This document shows positions 47,901 through 57,429 of a DNA stretch of 64,000 nt, in pieces. Under the pieces are notes generated by a model. It did no database searches and was not told the DNA's origin. It saw nothing but the letters and a program-made list of their open reading frames with translations. Source of the DNA: an uncultured Bacteroidales bacterium. GTDB taxonomy: Bacteria; Bacteroidota; Bacteroidia; Bacteroidales; JAIOZK01. The DNA is taken from positions 11,506 through 75,505 of the forward strand of contig CAZJYD010000001.1 in NCBI GenBank assembly GCA_964550205.1, written 5' to 3'. The position numbers were made by a program, and so were the translations under genes. Each line of letters starts with the position of its first letter. The stretch's first letter is position 1.

Positions 47901-49145
47901 CTATGAATTATTTGAATAATAATAAAGTGTTGAACAGTTAGTATTACGAAAAATTTCCCTGGATGTATTAATTATATCATCAAGGGTTACTGCATTGTAA
48001 TGGTCGATTTGCTGATTTACCATATTTGCATCGCCCAAAAGCTCGAAAAAAGCCAGATTTATCGACCGGTTTAAAATGCTCATATCTGAAAACTCCAGGT
48101 TAGATTCAATTTTATTTTGGACTTTTTTTAATTCCCGTTCAGGCACCTTATTTTGTGTAATCTTGTCAATTTCCTCATTAATAGCAGCTTCAGCATCTTT
48201 CATATTAACACCTTTTACAAGCTTCCCGGATAAAACAAATAATCCGTTATCAATATCTCCTGTAATATATGCATCTATATCACTGAATAGTTTTTTCTTC
48301 TTGATCAATGTTTGATTAAGCCTTGACGAATTACCATTGGATAGAATATCAGATATCAGATCAGAAGCATAATATCTTTCATCCTTTCTTGAGCACATAT
48401 GAAAAGCTTTATAAATAGCATCAAGCGGAACATTTCTATTAACTGTTTTTTTTCTGGCTGTTTTTTGTTCAGGTTCAACAGGGATATTTCTTTTATTTTT
48501 CTTTGAATTATTTTTTATGGTACCAAACCATTTTTCAATCAAAGGAAGTGTTTTTTCCGGATTAATATTTCCGCTTACCACAAGCACTGCATTGTCAGGA
48601 TTATAGAATTTATTATAAAAGCTTTTAACATCATTCATTGAAGCTTTTTGAATATGAGCGACTTTTTTGCCAATAGTTGGCCAGCGATAAGGGTGTTTAT
48701 TATATGCCATTGGTCGCAGGAGCAACCATGCATCACCATAAGGTTGGTTAAGATAAACCTGCCTGAATTCTTCTGTTACCACATTTCTTTGTACCTCAAG
48801 ACTTTTAGGTGTAAATGCAAGAGATAACATCCTGTCTGATTCGAGCCAGAAAGCTGTTTCTATATTTTGCGGTGGCAATGTACAATAATAATTAGTGAGG
48901 TCACTAGTAGTGAAAGCGTTATTTTCCCCTCCTGCCTTTTGAAGTGGCTCGTCATATTTTGGGATATTCAATGAGCCACCGAACATCAGATGTTCGAAAA
49001 GATGAGCAAAACCTGTTTTCTCAGGGTTTTCATCTTTGGCTCCTACATCATACATAATATTAACTGCAACCAGTGGAGTTGTTCCATCCTGATGTAAGAT
49101 AACTTTCAGACCATTATTTAAAATGCTTTTATCAAAATGTATCAT
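47901..49145 (-). CDS. M16-family zinc peptidase (pitrilysin-like)
   Basis: GFAHLFEHLMFGG carries the inverted zinc motif HxxEH, with a downstream E in NAFTT; 414 aa. Confidence 0.85.
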   Translation of the reverse strand: MIHFDKSILNNGLKVILHQDGTTPLVAVNIMYDVGAKDENPEKTGFAHLFEHLMFGGSLNIPKYDEPLQKAGGENNAFTTSDLTNYYCTLPPQNIETAFWLESDRMLSLAFTPKSLEVQRNVVTEEFRQVYLNQPYGDAWLLLRPMAYNKHPYRWPTIGKKVAHIQKASMNDVKSFYNKFYNPDNAVLVVSGNINPEKTLPLIEKWFGTIKNNSKKNKRNIPVEPEQKTARKKTVNRNVPLDAIYKAFHMCSRKDERYYASDLISDILSNGNSSRLNQTLIKKKKLFSDIDAYITGDIDNGLFVLSGKLVKGVNMKDAEAAINEEIDKITQNKVPERELKKVQNKIESNLEFSDMSILNRSINLAFFELLGDANMVNQQIDHYNAVTLDDIINTSREIFRNTNCSTLYYYSNNS

Positions 49146-49221
49146 TGTATTGTTCTTCGCTTTTGGTTTAAAACTGATTAATATAGAATTTATTTTAACT
49201 GAATAAGTTTAAAATTAATAG

Positions 49222-49229
49222 TAAATTTG
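49222..49229 (+). promoter_or_regulatory. Candidate -7 box (TAAATTTG) for glyA
   Basis: Matches TAnnTTTG, 53 nt upstream of the preferred ATG at 49283. Confidence 0.35.
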
Positions 49230-49282
49230 TAAATTCTTAAATGAATAAACCATTATTATTTACTAAATTAAAATCTTATTAT

Positions 49283-50563
49283 ATGTTACGCGATAAATTG
49301 GTATTTGAGATCATTGAAAAGGAAAAACAGCGTCAGTTGAATGGTTTAGAGCTGATCGCTTCGGAAAATTTCGTCAGCGATCAGGTGCTTGAATCCATGG
49401 GATCAGTTATGACCAATAAATATGCCGAAGGTTATCCGGGAAGGCGTTATTATGGTGGTTGCCAGTTTGTAGATGAAACAGAGCAGCTTGCAATAGACAG
49501 GGCTATGGAATTATTCGATGCCGGTTGGGCAAATGTACAGCCTCATTCAGGAGCTCAAGCCAACATGGCAGTATTCCTTGCCTGCCTGAAACCAGGTGAC
49601 ACATTCATGGGTATGGATCTTTCGCATGGAGGACATTTATCTCATGGCTCACCTGTTAACTCATCAGGTATTTTGTATAAACAGGTTGCATACAAAGTGA
49701 AGAAAGATGCAGGAGAAATAGACTATGATGATATGGAAGAAACCGCCCTGAGGGAAAAACCTAAACTGATAATAGCCGGTGCATCCGCTTATTCAAGAGA
49801 TTTTGATTATAAACGCATGCGTGAAATAGCAGATAAAATAGATGCAATACTGATGGCAGATATTGCTCACCCTGCCGGACTGATAGCAAGAGATTTGCTT
49901 AATAATCCCTTACCGCATTGTCATATTGTTACTACAACTACTCACAAAACACTGCGTGGCCCAAGAGGCGGCTTGATATTTGGTGGTGAGGATTTTGATA
50001 ATCCCTGGGGTAAAAAAACTCCTAAAGGCAAAATTAAGACTTTCAGGCAGGTTATTAATTCAGCGGTTTTCCCCGGTACTCAGGGTGGACCACTGGAACA
50101 TGTGATTGCGTCAAAAGCGGTGGCATTTGGTGAAGCCCTGACTAACGGCTATAAAGATTATATTGTGCAGGTGAAGAAAAATGCAGAGGTTATGGCCAAA
50201 GCTTTTATAGATAAAGGTTATTATGTTATTTCTAACGGAACAGATAATCACCTGATGCTGATTGACCTCAGAAATAAATTCCCTGATATTACGGGAAAGA
50301 AAGTAGAAAATACACTTGTACTGGCAGATATCACAATTAATAAGAACATGGTACCTTTCGACGATCGATCACCATTCCAGACTTCAGGATTAAGAATAGG
50401 TACTCCTGCTGTTACAACAAGGGGATTGAAAGAAGAACATATGACCATTATCGTTGACATGATAGACGAAGTTATCAATAATATTGATGATGAAAAAGCC
50501 ATAGAATCAGTAAAGAAACGCGTTAATGAAATGATGGCGGAGTTTCCGATGTTTGCCTGGTAA
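49283..50563 (+). CDS. glyA: Serine hydroxymethyltransferase
   Basis: [29 protein letters not shown] and [14 protein letters not shown] (PLP lysine). The start is at [11 protein letters not shown], which fits the usual SHMT N-terminus. Confidence 0.93.
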   Translation: MLRDKLVFEIIEKEKQRQLNGLELIASENFVSDQVLESMGSVMTNKYAEGYPGRRYYGGCQFVDETEQLAIDRAMELFDAGWANVQPHSGAQANMAVFLACLKPGDTFMGMDLSHGGHLSHGSPVNSSGILYKQVAYKVKKDAGEIDYDDMEETALREKPKLIIAGASAYSRDFDYKRMREIADKIDAILMADIAHPAGLIARDLLNNPLPHCHIVTTTTHKTLRGPRGGLIFGGEDFDNPWGKKTPKGKIKTFRQVINSAVFPGTQGGPLEHVIASKAVAFGEALTNGYKDYIVQVKKNAEVMAKAFIDKGYYVISNGTDNHLMLIDLRNKFPDITGKKVENTLVLADITINKNMVPFDDRSPFQTSGLRIGTPAVTTRGLKEEHMTIIVDMIDEVINNIDDEKAIESVKKRVNEMMAEFPMFAW

Positions 50564-50606
50564 TATTTTTTCAGGAGATTTTTATCAATATCTCCTGAAA
50601 AAATAT
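50563..50606. terminator. Bidirectional intrinsic terminator between glyA and the ERCC4 gene
   Basis: ATATTTTTTCAGGAGAT (50563-50579) and ATCTCCTGAAAAAATAT (50590-50606) are exact reverse complements with a 10-nt loop. The GC-containing stem CAGGAGAT is flanked by T6 and A6, so it reads as hairpin plus U-run on both strands. Confidence 0.75.
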
Positions 50607-50607
50607 A

Positions 50608-51255
50608 TTACGTGGAAAATTTTTCATGGAGAAAGTTAATTATTAGTTCGGCTTTTGTTCTTCCAATCCCTTTAATCTTTTGTAATGATATCTCATCAGC
50701 ACGCATAATTTGTTCAATAGTTTTAAATTCTTTTAGTAAGTCGTAAGACAGTTTTTTGCTAATACCTGGAAGCCCCTGTAGAAAAAACAATTGTTTGTTT
50801 ACCAAGCGTTTTGGCTTTGCTTTTCTTGCAATAGGGGCTCTTTTACTTAATATTTCGTTTTGTGATAGCCGTAAAATGGTTTTAGCAGTTTCTTGTTTAG
50901 AGGAAGTATAAAATACAGGTATTTGCCAACAGGCTGTAATCGATAGCAAAGCACCTTTCACTGCGGGTTTACTAATCATGGAATTGGTTCGTAATGGATT
51001 ACCCTCAACTATCATTAATACTGGTAAAGTGTTTGTCTTTAGTTTTTTGCATTGTTCGAATAAAATATGACTTTTCAATGATCTGATAAGATCGGAAGCT
51101 GTTTTTCTTTCAATTAATAGTTTTTGTGGGATAAGGTAATCTCCTGCTTTAAGATTTTTGAAACTGGCGTTTGATAATTCATCCATGATATTTTCAGGAA
51201 TACCTGATGATTTCTCACGGTGATCAATGATTAATTCTTCAGTATCAGGATACAT
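50608..51255 (-). CDS. ERCC4/XPF-Mus81-type nuclease domain protein with C-terminal helix-hairpin-helix region
   Basis: IIDHREKSS, then AGDYLIPQKLLIERKTASDLIRS (the GDxn-ERKxxxD nuclease signature), then LFEQ...VLMIVEG. The C-terminal part has LQGLPGISKKLSYDLL and LQKIKGIGRTKAELI (two HhH-like GI/GIG hairpins). Length is 215 aa. Confidence 0.75.
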   Translation of the reverse strand: MYPDTEELIIDHREKSSGIPENIMDELSNASFKNLKAGDYLIPQKLLIERKTASDLIRSLKSHILFEQCKKLKTNTLPVLMIVEGNPLRTNSMISKPAVKGALLSITACWQIPVFYTSSKQETAKTILRLSQNEILSKRAPIARKAKPKRLVNKQLFFLQGLPGISKKLSYDLLKEFKTIEQIMRADEISLQKIKGIGRTKAELIINFLHEKFST

Positions 51256-51294
51256 TTTGTTGATAGGTTTGGTTGTTCATATATATAAGAATAT

Positions 51295-51615
51295 TTATAT
51301 TTCAATCTCAATACCTTCCTTTCTCACAACTTCAAGTAGAGGAGTATAATCATCAGTATAAAAACGCTTTGTTCCAATCATATAAGGTTCGATGCGGGGA
51401 TCAATATCAGATGCCAGTACCCAGGCTTTCGATTTCTTCTCAATGTCGCTTTTATCGAAAGCATCTGAAACCAGCATCAGGTCTATATCACTATCTTTAT
51501 TAGCTTCATTACGGGCATAACTACCGTATAAAAATGCTTTATTAATGTTATATCCTTTGCTGTTAAGCAAGTATACGTAGTTTTTTATTCTTTCTATAAT
51601 CTCTCCCTGAACCAT
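51295..51615 (-). CDS. Minimal nucleotidyltransferase (MNT, Pol-beta superfamily)
   Basis: FLYGSYARNEANKDSDIDLMLV is the GS-x9-DxD NTase motif. It is 106 aa and overlaps the 3' end of the upstream HEPN reading frame by 22 nt. Confidence 0.8.
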   Translation of the reverse strand: MVQGEIIERIKNYVYLLNSKGYNINKAFLYGSYARNEANKDSDIDLMLVSDAFDKSDIEKKSKAWVLASDIDPRIEPYMIGTKRFYTDDYTPLLEVVRKEGIEIEI

Positions 51616-51972
51616 TTGAGTTGTTCTTTAGTTTTATTCAATAATTCAATTGCCTCTGGTTTTGTTGGATTCTCAGGATAATATTCGGGATATCTTCCCT
51701 CGATTTGATAAATTATTAACTTACCAAGAAATATCTTTAAATCTTCTGAAAAATCTATTTTTATTTTGTCAATTAACCAGATAAGATTATGCGATTTTGG
51801 AGGCACTTCTCCGGTGTTTTTTTACCACATGAGCCTTTATGATTTTCTCAATGACCAGGTGACAGAAAAACAAACCATGTAAATATTTCCCATTGTTAAT
51901 CAGCAGTTCTGCCGTGTCAATATCATTGATTGCCCCGTTTTTCCAATATTCTATTTGTTTTTTAATGTCCAT
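51594..51972 (-). pseudogene. HEPN-domain protein gene interrupted by a 1-nt frameshift in an A7 (plus-strand T7) run
   Basis: ORF 51972-51787 (…CHLVIEKIIKAHVVKK) and ORF 51806-51594 (PPKSHNLIWLI…IEGRYPEYY…) are adjacent frames. Removing one A from the run at 51817-51823 yields the continuous sequence …KAHVVKNTGEVPPKSHNLIWL… of about 125 aa, a typical HEPN helix pattern. Confidence 0.7.
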
Positions 51973-52057
51973 TGATGATGGAATTTAATTGCTAAGATAC
52001 GAAAAAGAATAATTGATAGATTGATAAAAAACCTGGCATGGAAGCTTTGTTTTTTAG

Positions 52058-52141
52058 ATGCCACGAATTCACTAATGAAAGACGAATATTATTCGTGAAT
52101 CATTCCCCGATTTCATCAAGTCAGGCTTGCATTTGTGGCAT
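52058..52141. repeat. Nested inverted repeats in the divergent intergenic region (ATGCCAC...GTGGCAT enclosing CACGAAT...ATTCGTG)
   Basis: Outer 7-bp arms at 52058-52064 and 52135-52141; inner 7-bp arms at 52062-52068 and 52091-52097, partly overlapping the outer left arm. Read directly. Confidence 0.45.
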
Positions 52142-52217
52142 ATAAATTTGGATTTATTCCAAAAATGAATTAATTTTGTTTTGGATTATTCTAAAATAAA
52201 AATGATTTAATAACAGA

Positions 52218-53522
52218 ATGCTTAAAAGAAAACTTTTTCATAAGCTTTATAAAGAAAAAAACAACAAAAAGATATCTGTCATTTTGGGTCCTCGACAAGT
52301 TGGAAAAACCACACTGCTTAAGCAATTGTATGAAAAACTGTGTACAAAGGCAAACGGTATTTTTCTTGACCTTGATTTATTAAGTGATTATGAAAAAATA
52401 TCCTCTTATGAATATGCTTTAAATACATTGAAATTGAATGCTTATTCCGAAGAGCAAAAAGATTTATTTTATTTGTTTATTGACGAATTTCAGCGATATA
52501 AAGGTTTTTCAAAAATCCTAAAGAATATTTACGACCATCATGAAAATATTAAAATTTATGTTTCCGGTTCATCATCTATAAAAATTAAGGATGAGATTCA
52601 AGAATCATTGGCAGGGAGAAAATTTATTCATTATTTATTTCCCCTTGATTTTGAAGAGTTTCTTTTGTTTAAAAACAACAAAGAAGCTTTAAAACAATTT
52701 TCTAATGTTAATAAACTGAAAGGAAAAGATATCCGTTTAGGACTCTTAAGTAATTTACTTGAAGAGTATTTAATCTTTGGAGGATATCCCGAAGTGGTTT
52801 TAACTCAGGATAATAACCTAAAGGGAAAAATCCTCAACAGCATATTCGATTTATATGTTAAAAAGGACCTGGTTGAATTTCTTGATATCAATAGGATTCT
52901 AAATGTTAAAAAGCTTATTGAATTGTTAAGCGTTAATCACGGACAAAAGATCAAATACGAGCAAATGGCTTCAACGTGTGGTATCAGTGAATATGAAACA
53001 AAAAACTATATTGAATTGCTAAAAGAAAGTTTTTTAATTTATGAGTTAAGACCTTACTTCACCAATAAAAACAAAGAAATTGTTAAAATACCCAAAATAT
53101 ATTTTCTTGACCCGGGCGTAAGGAATTATTTTTTAAACAACTTCAATTCAACAGTAAAGCGCACTGATAGCGGATTTTTATTTGAGGGTTTTGTGTTGGG
53201 GGAATTATTAAAAACAGGAAAAGGGAAATTAAACTACTGGCAGGACAAAAACAAAAATGAAGTGGATTTTATTATTGATAAAGTTCATGAACAAATCCCT
53301 GTTGAAGTAAAATTCAAAAGAAAATTGAAATACAATGATTTTACCGGACTAAAAGCTTTCGCAGCGCACTATCCAGAAACAGGCAACTACTATTGTTTTT
53401 CGCTTTCATCGCAATATACAGAGGATGTTAATGGTGTCCATATAAATGTTGTGTTACCTTTTAGGTATAAGTTTTTTGTTAATAATAATAAAAACCTTAT
53501 ATGTTTCCTATTTCAAATTTAA
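52218..53522 (+). CDS. AAA-ATPase with DUF4143-type C-terminal region (AAA_14/DUF4143 family)
   Basis: Walker [15 protein letters not shown], Walker [11 protein letters not shown], and a C-terminal NEVDFIID....IPVEVKFK (D...ExK, restriction-endonuclease-like). The last 15 nt overlap the convergent valS 3' end. Confidence 0.8.
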   Translation: MLKRKLFHKLYKEKNNKKISVILGPRQVGKTTLLKQLYEKLCTKANGIFLDLDLLSDYEKISSYEYALNTLKLNAYSEEQKDLFYLFIDEFQRYKGFSKILKNIYDHHENIKIYVSGSSSIKIKDEIQESLAGRKFIHYLFPLDFEEFLLFKNNKEALKQFSNVNKLKGKDIRLGLLSNLLEEYLIFGGYPEVVLTQDNNLKGKILNSIFDLYVKKDLVEFLDINRILNVKKLIELLSVNHGQKIKYEQMASTCGISEYETKNYIELLKESFLIYELRPYFTNKNKEIVKIPKIYFLDPGVRNYFLNNFNSTVKRTDSGFLFEGFVLGELLKTGKGKLNYWQDKNKNEVDFIIDKVHEQIPVEVKFKRKLKYNDFTGLKAFAAHYPETGNYYCFSLSSQYTEDVNGVHINVVLPFRYKFFVNNNKNLICFLFQI

Positions 53523-56156
53523 CATTTTAATTTGTTCTTCCAGCACCTTGATCCTTGCTTCAGCATCACTGCGTTTTACACGTTCTTTGGCAACAACTGC
53601 CTCAGGTGCATTTTTAACAAAGCGTTCATTGGAAAGTTTTTTCATTACGCTGTTTAAAAAGCCCCTGGTATATTTCAACTCTTTTTCCAGCTTCTTTTTT
53701 TCATCCTCAATATTAACATCTTCTGTAAAAGGAATAAAAAATTCTGTTGATTTTACGACAAATGCTATTACATTTTCCTTTTTCTCTTCCGTATACCTGA
53801 TTCCATCAAGATTACATAGTTTGCATACAACACCGTCGAATTTGGTTGCTATCTCGGGGCTGGTTAAATTATTTTTCTTTACAAATAATTCAAAGTGTTC
53901 TTTGTTCAGAATATTTTTTTCCTTACGGATGTTTCTTACTGCAATAATTACTTCTTTTACATAATTAAATTGCTCCAATATTTTATGATTGATTCGGCCT
54001 TTTTCAGGAATAGTTGAGATCATAATCGATTCTCCATCTTTACGCTCCTGTATAAGATGCCATATTTCTTCTGAGATAAAAGGCATGAAGGGATGAAGTA
54101 CTTTCATGATCTTTTCAAATAATTGAACGGTTTTATTATATGTAGTTTTATCAATTGGTTTTTGATATTGAGGCTTGATCATTTCAAGATACCATGAGCA
54201 AAAGTCATCCCATATAATCTTATATGTTGTCATTAGTGCTTCGGAAATACGGTATTTTGAAAATTGATCTTCCAGCTTTTTTAATGTTTCATTCAGCTTT
54301 GCTTCAAACCATTCTATTGATACCTTACTAGCTTTCGGTTGTTCGAGTTTTTTATCAATCTTCCAGCCTTTTACTAATCGTAATGCATTCCATATTTTAT
54401 TGCTGAATTTCTTTCCCTGTTCACATAATATTTCATCAAAAGGCAAATCATTTCCTGCCGGTGAGGTCAATAACATACCAACACGCACACCATCAGCTCC
54501 GTATTTGTTCATAAGTTCGATGGGATCAGGTGAATTACCAAGGGATTTCGACATTTTTCTTCCTGATTTATCACGTACAATTCCTGTCAGGTAAACATTT
54601 TTAAAAGGTATTTCATTTCTGTATTCCAATCCTGCCATGATCATCCTTGCCACCCAGAAAAAAAGTATCTCAGGAGCGGTTATCAGATCATCAGTTGGAT
54701 AATAGTAATTGATATCTTTATTGTCAGGATAGCGTATGCCATCAAAAACAGTGATCGGCCAGAGCCATGAGGAGAACCAGGTATCCAAGACATCCTGATC
54801 CTGTTTGATGTTTTCTTTTTTCAAATCCCTTAATTCAGGATATTTTTCTATAGCCTTTTCATAAGCCTCATCCAATGATTTGGCAACTACCATTTCATCA
54901 TTTGGCAGATAATAAACCGGGATCCTTTGTCCCCACCAAAGTTGACGTGAGATACACCAATCCCGCACATTTTCCATCCAGTGACGGTAAGTGTTTTTAT
55001 ATTTTTTTGGTACGAAATTAATAGTATCGTTTATTACAACTTTCAATGCAGGTTTTGCCAATTCAGGCATACGAAGAAACCACTGAAGCGATAATTTAGG
55101 TTCTATTACCTCATTAGTGCGCTCGGAATATCCTACCTTATTAATATAATCTTCTATTTTTATAATATGTCCGGTTTTTTCAAGGTCTTTTACTATTTCA
55201 TCCCTTGCTTCAAAACGATCCTTCCCAATATACAACTGGGCATTTTCGTTTAATGTTCCGTTATCATTAAATATATCAATAGTTTCCAGTTTATGGCGAA
55301 ATCCAATTTCGTAATCATTAGGATCATGGGCAGGGGTTATCTTCAGGCAGCCTGTTCCGAACTCAGGATCAACATAATCATCCTCAATAATTGGAGCAGG
55401 TCTGTTAACCAAAGGTATGAGGCATTTTTTATCTTTAAGATGTTTATATCTTTTATCATCCGGATTGATACATACTGCAGTATCACCCAGAATGGTTTCA
55501 GGACGGGTTGTAGCTATAACCAGCCATTCATCCTTAGTTCCTTCAATTTTATACCTAACATAGTAAAGTTTTGAATTTACTTCTTTATGAACAACCTCTT
55601 CATCAGATAAAGCTGTCAGAGCTTTAGGATCCCAGTTTACCATTCGAATCCCACGATATATCAACCCTTTTTCATATAGTTCAATAAAAACATCAATTAC
55701 CGATTCATACATATCAGCATCCATGGTAAACTTTGTTCTGTCCCAATCGCAGGAGGCACCAAGTTTTTTTAACTGTTCAAGTATAATGCCCCCGTGTTTT
55801 TCACGCCATTCCCAGGCATACCTCAGGAATTTTTCCCTGGAAATATCAGATTTATTTATGCCTTTATCTTTCAGCATATCAACAACTTTTGCTTCTGTGG
55901 CAATAGATGCGTGATCGGTGCCCGGTAGCCATAATGCATTTTTCCCCTGCATGCGGGCAAAGCGGACAAGCACATCCTGTAGGGTGTTGTTTAGGATATG
56001 ACCCATGTGTAAAACACCTGTTACATTCGGTGGGGGAATAACTATACAATAAGGCTCTCTTTCGTCAGGTTCTGAATGAAAAAAACCATTATCCATCCAG
56101 TACTTATACCACTTATCTTCGGTTTCGGCAGGATTATATTTACTAGGAATATCCAT
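53508..56156 (-). CDS. valS: Valine--tRNA ligase
   Basis: [13 protein letters not shown] (HIGH), KMSKSLGN, an editing-domain insertion and a C-terminal coiled-coil; 882 aa. Confidence 0.95.
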   Translation of the reverse strand: MDIPSKYNPAETEDKWYKYWMDNGFFHSEPDEREPYCIVIPPPNVTGVLHMGHILNNTLQDVLVRFARMQGKNALWLPGTDHASIATEAKVVDMLKDKGINKSDISREKFLRYAWEWREKHGGIILEQLKKLGASCDWDRTKFTMDADMYESVIDVFIELYEKGLIYRGIRMVNWDPKALTALSDEEVVHKEVNSKLYYVRYKIEGTKDEWLVIATTRPETILGDTAVCINPDDKRYKHLKDKKCLIPLVNRPAPIIEDDYVDPEFGTGCLKITPAHDPNDYEIGFRHKLETIDIFNDNGTLNENAQLYIGKDRFEARDEIVKDLEKTGHIIKIEDYINKVGYSERTNEVIEPKLSLQWFLRMPELAKPALKVVINDTINFVPKKYKNTYRHWMENVRDWCISRQLWWGQRIPVYYLPNDEMVVAKSLDEAYEKAIEKYPELRDLKKENIKQDQDVLDTWFSSWLWPITVFDGIRYPDNKDINYYYPTDDLITAPEILFFWVARMIMAGLEYRNEIPFKNVYLTGIVRDKSGRKMSKSLGNSPDPIELMNKYGADGVRVGMLLTSPAGNDLPFDEILCEQGKKFSNKIWNALRLVKGWKIDKKLEQPKASKVSIEWFEAKLNETLKKLEDQFSKYRISEALMTTYKIIWDDFCSWYLEMIKPQYQKPIDKTTYNKTVQLFEKIMKVLHPFMPFISEEIWHLIQERKDGESIMISTIPEKGRINHKILEQFNYVKEVIIAVRNIRKEKNILNKEHFELFVKKNNLTSPEIATKFDGVVCKLCNLDGIRYTEEKKENVIAFVVKSTEFFIPFTEDVNIEDEKKKLEKELKYTRGFLNSVMKKLSNERFVKNAPEAVVAKERVKRSDAEARIKVLEEQIKMLNLK

Positions 56157-56233
56157 TAGTTATATGCTTTTAGTAGTTCGCTTCAGACGTCAAAAATAGT
56201 AAAATTGGTTTTGAATGATATTGTTTAAATAAA

Positions 56234-56283
56234 AAAAGCTGTCCGGTAGATTCTCTTTACGAAAATTTACCAAAACAGCTTTT
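56234..56283 (-). terminator. Possible terminator after the DUF4252 gene
   Basis: AAAAGCTGT (56234-56242) pairs with ACAGCTTTT (56275-56283), with an inner GGTA/TACC pair. On the minus strand a T-run follows. The loop is large, so confidence is low. Confidence 0.3.
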
Positions 56284-56312
56284 ATTTTATAGTTTATTTC
56301 TGCTAAGGCTAA

Positions 56313-56855
56313 TCAATCACCCTCATCAATTTCAACTTCAAATTCATCCATTCCCTGAATGTTCATGCCCTTTGAAATTCTCGAAATTGTTTCCAGGTCC
56401 ATATTACCCAAAAAACTCATAACTGTAACTTCTTTTTTACCTTCATTGGCTATCATGATCATTTCGGATATTTTATCATTTTTTTCCTTTCTGACAAGAA
56501 AGCGTACACTACCTTCTTTACTTTTCACAACCATTATTTCGTCAAAATCTTCCATCGGAAGGGTTTTTTCTATTTCTTTGAGAAAATCAAATTCCGGTTC
56601 ACCTTCGGGCTCATATGTAAGTATCTGTAAACCCTGGAGATCATTCATAGCTTCGCGTACATCTTCTCCTTTTTCACCTCTTACATTTTCAACATCTGTA
56701 AACATTTCTAACATCTCTTTAGAGATATTTACCGAGACGAATCCTTCCTTATCGGCATACTTCTTATAAAGTTTATCAATAGACGATTGACCTTTACTGA
56801 TGATTGGTAAACATACTATTAAACCGACAATTAATTTCAATACTATTTTTTTCAT
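56313..56855 (-). CDS. DUF4252 domain-containing protein
   Basis: Signal peptide, then IDKLYKKYADKEGFVSVNISKEMLEM, then V..F....N.D......ISKGMNI.G. This layout is typical of DUF4252 proteins found downstream of ECF sigma/anti-sigma pairs. Confidence 0.7.
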   Translation of the reverse strand: MKKIVLKLIVGLIVCLPIISKGQSSIDKLYKKYADKEGFVSVNISKEMLEMFTDVENVRGEKGEDVREAMNDLQGLQILTYEPEGEPEFDFLKEIEKTLPMEDFDEIMVVKSKEGSVRFLVRKEKNDKISEMIMIANEGKKEVTVMSFLGNMDLETISRISKGMNIQGMDEFEVEIDEGD

Positions 56856-56868
56856 GATTTTTTATTTT

Positions 56869-57429
56869 TTAGTTTTTCATTATTTCTTTCTGAATCGCAT
56901 AAAACGTTGATAATTTAATTGCTTCTTTCAATCCTTTATTTAGTTTATTTATCTTATTCATTTGCTTAACTCCACTTTCAAAATCCGTAATAGGCTCTGC
57001 AGCTTCCAATCCCGAATTAAACTTTGCAGAAAAATAAATAAGTGCTTTTTTTGTTTCCCGGTATGCAACTTCCGGGTTTTTATACGTATCCTTTATTTCT
57101 TTTGTAATTCTGTTAAATCCTGCAAATATTCCGATAACTATCAGTATGCATGCTGCAATTCCGGAGGCAATGTATAAATAAATTTTCCTTTTTGATTTTG
57201 TTGATCTTATTTCACTTTCCTGTATACTGTTTATTATCTTATTATCAAAATCATCACTAAGGATAGTTTTTTCTTCTTCTGCAAAATAATTAAAATAGCT
57301 TTTAAGAGATTTAAAATGAGAGGGCATTTTGTTTCCCGAAAAAAACGTTTTTAGTTTTTTTTCTTCATCAGGAGTAGTATCTCCGTTGAAATATTTTTCC
57401 AATATATTTTCAATTTCCTGAGAATTCAT
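56869..57429 (-). CDS. Putative membrane-anchored anti-sigma factor
   Basis: 186 aa with a short cytoplasmic N-domain and one central TM (IYLYIASGIAACILIVIGIFAGF). It overlaps the sigma gene by 20 nt. The assignment rests on position only. Confidence 0.5.
   Translation of the reverse strand: MNSQEIENILEKYFNGDTTPDEEKKLKTFFSGNKMPSHFKSLKSYFNYFAEEEKTILSDDFDNKIINSIQESEIRSTKSKRKIYLYIASGIAACILIVIGIFAGFNRITKEIKDTYKNPEVAYRETKKALIYFSAKFNSGLEAAEPITDFESGVKQMNKINKLNKGLKEAIKLSTFYAIQKEIMKN

Noticed and set aside
49146-49282. Looked for a ZTP or THF-type riboswitch upstream of glyA.
   Set aside because: The leader is almost pure AT with no GC-rich conserved helices or pseudoknot motifs, and nothing resembles those riboswitch cores.
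51273-51503. 76-aa plus-strand ORF overlapping the MNT gene.
   Set aside because: It is antisense to a gene with a clear GS...DxD nucleotidyltransferase motif, and its translation has no features of its own.
50563-53522. Looked for mobile-element hallmarks of the islet: integrase, transposase, tRNA target and flanking direct repeats.
   Set aside because: None were found by eye, so the islet is reported as an accessory cluster and not as a defined mobile element. A direct-repeat search by computation would still be worthwhile.
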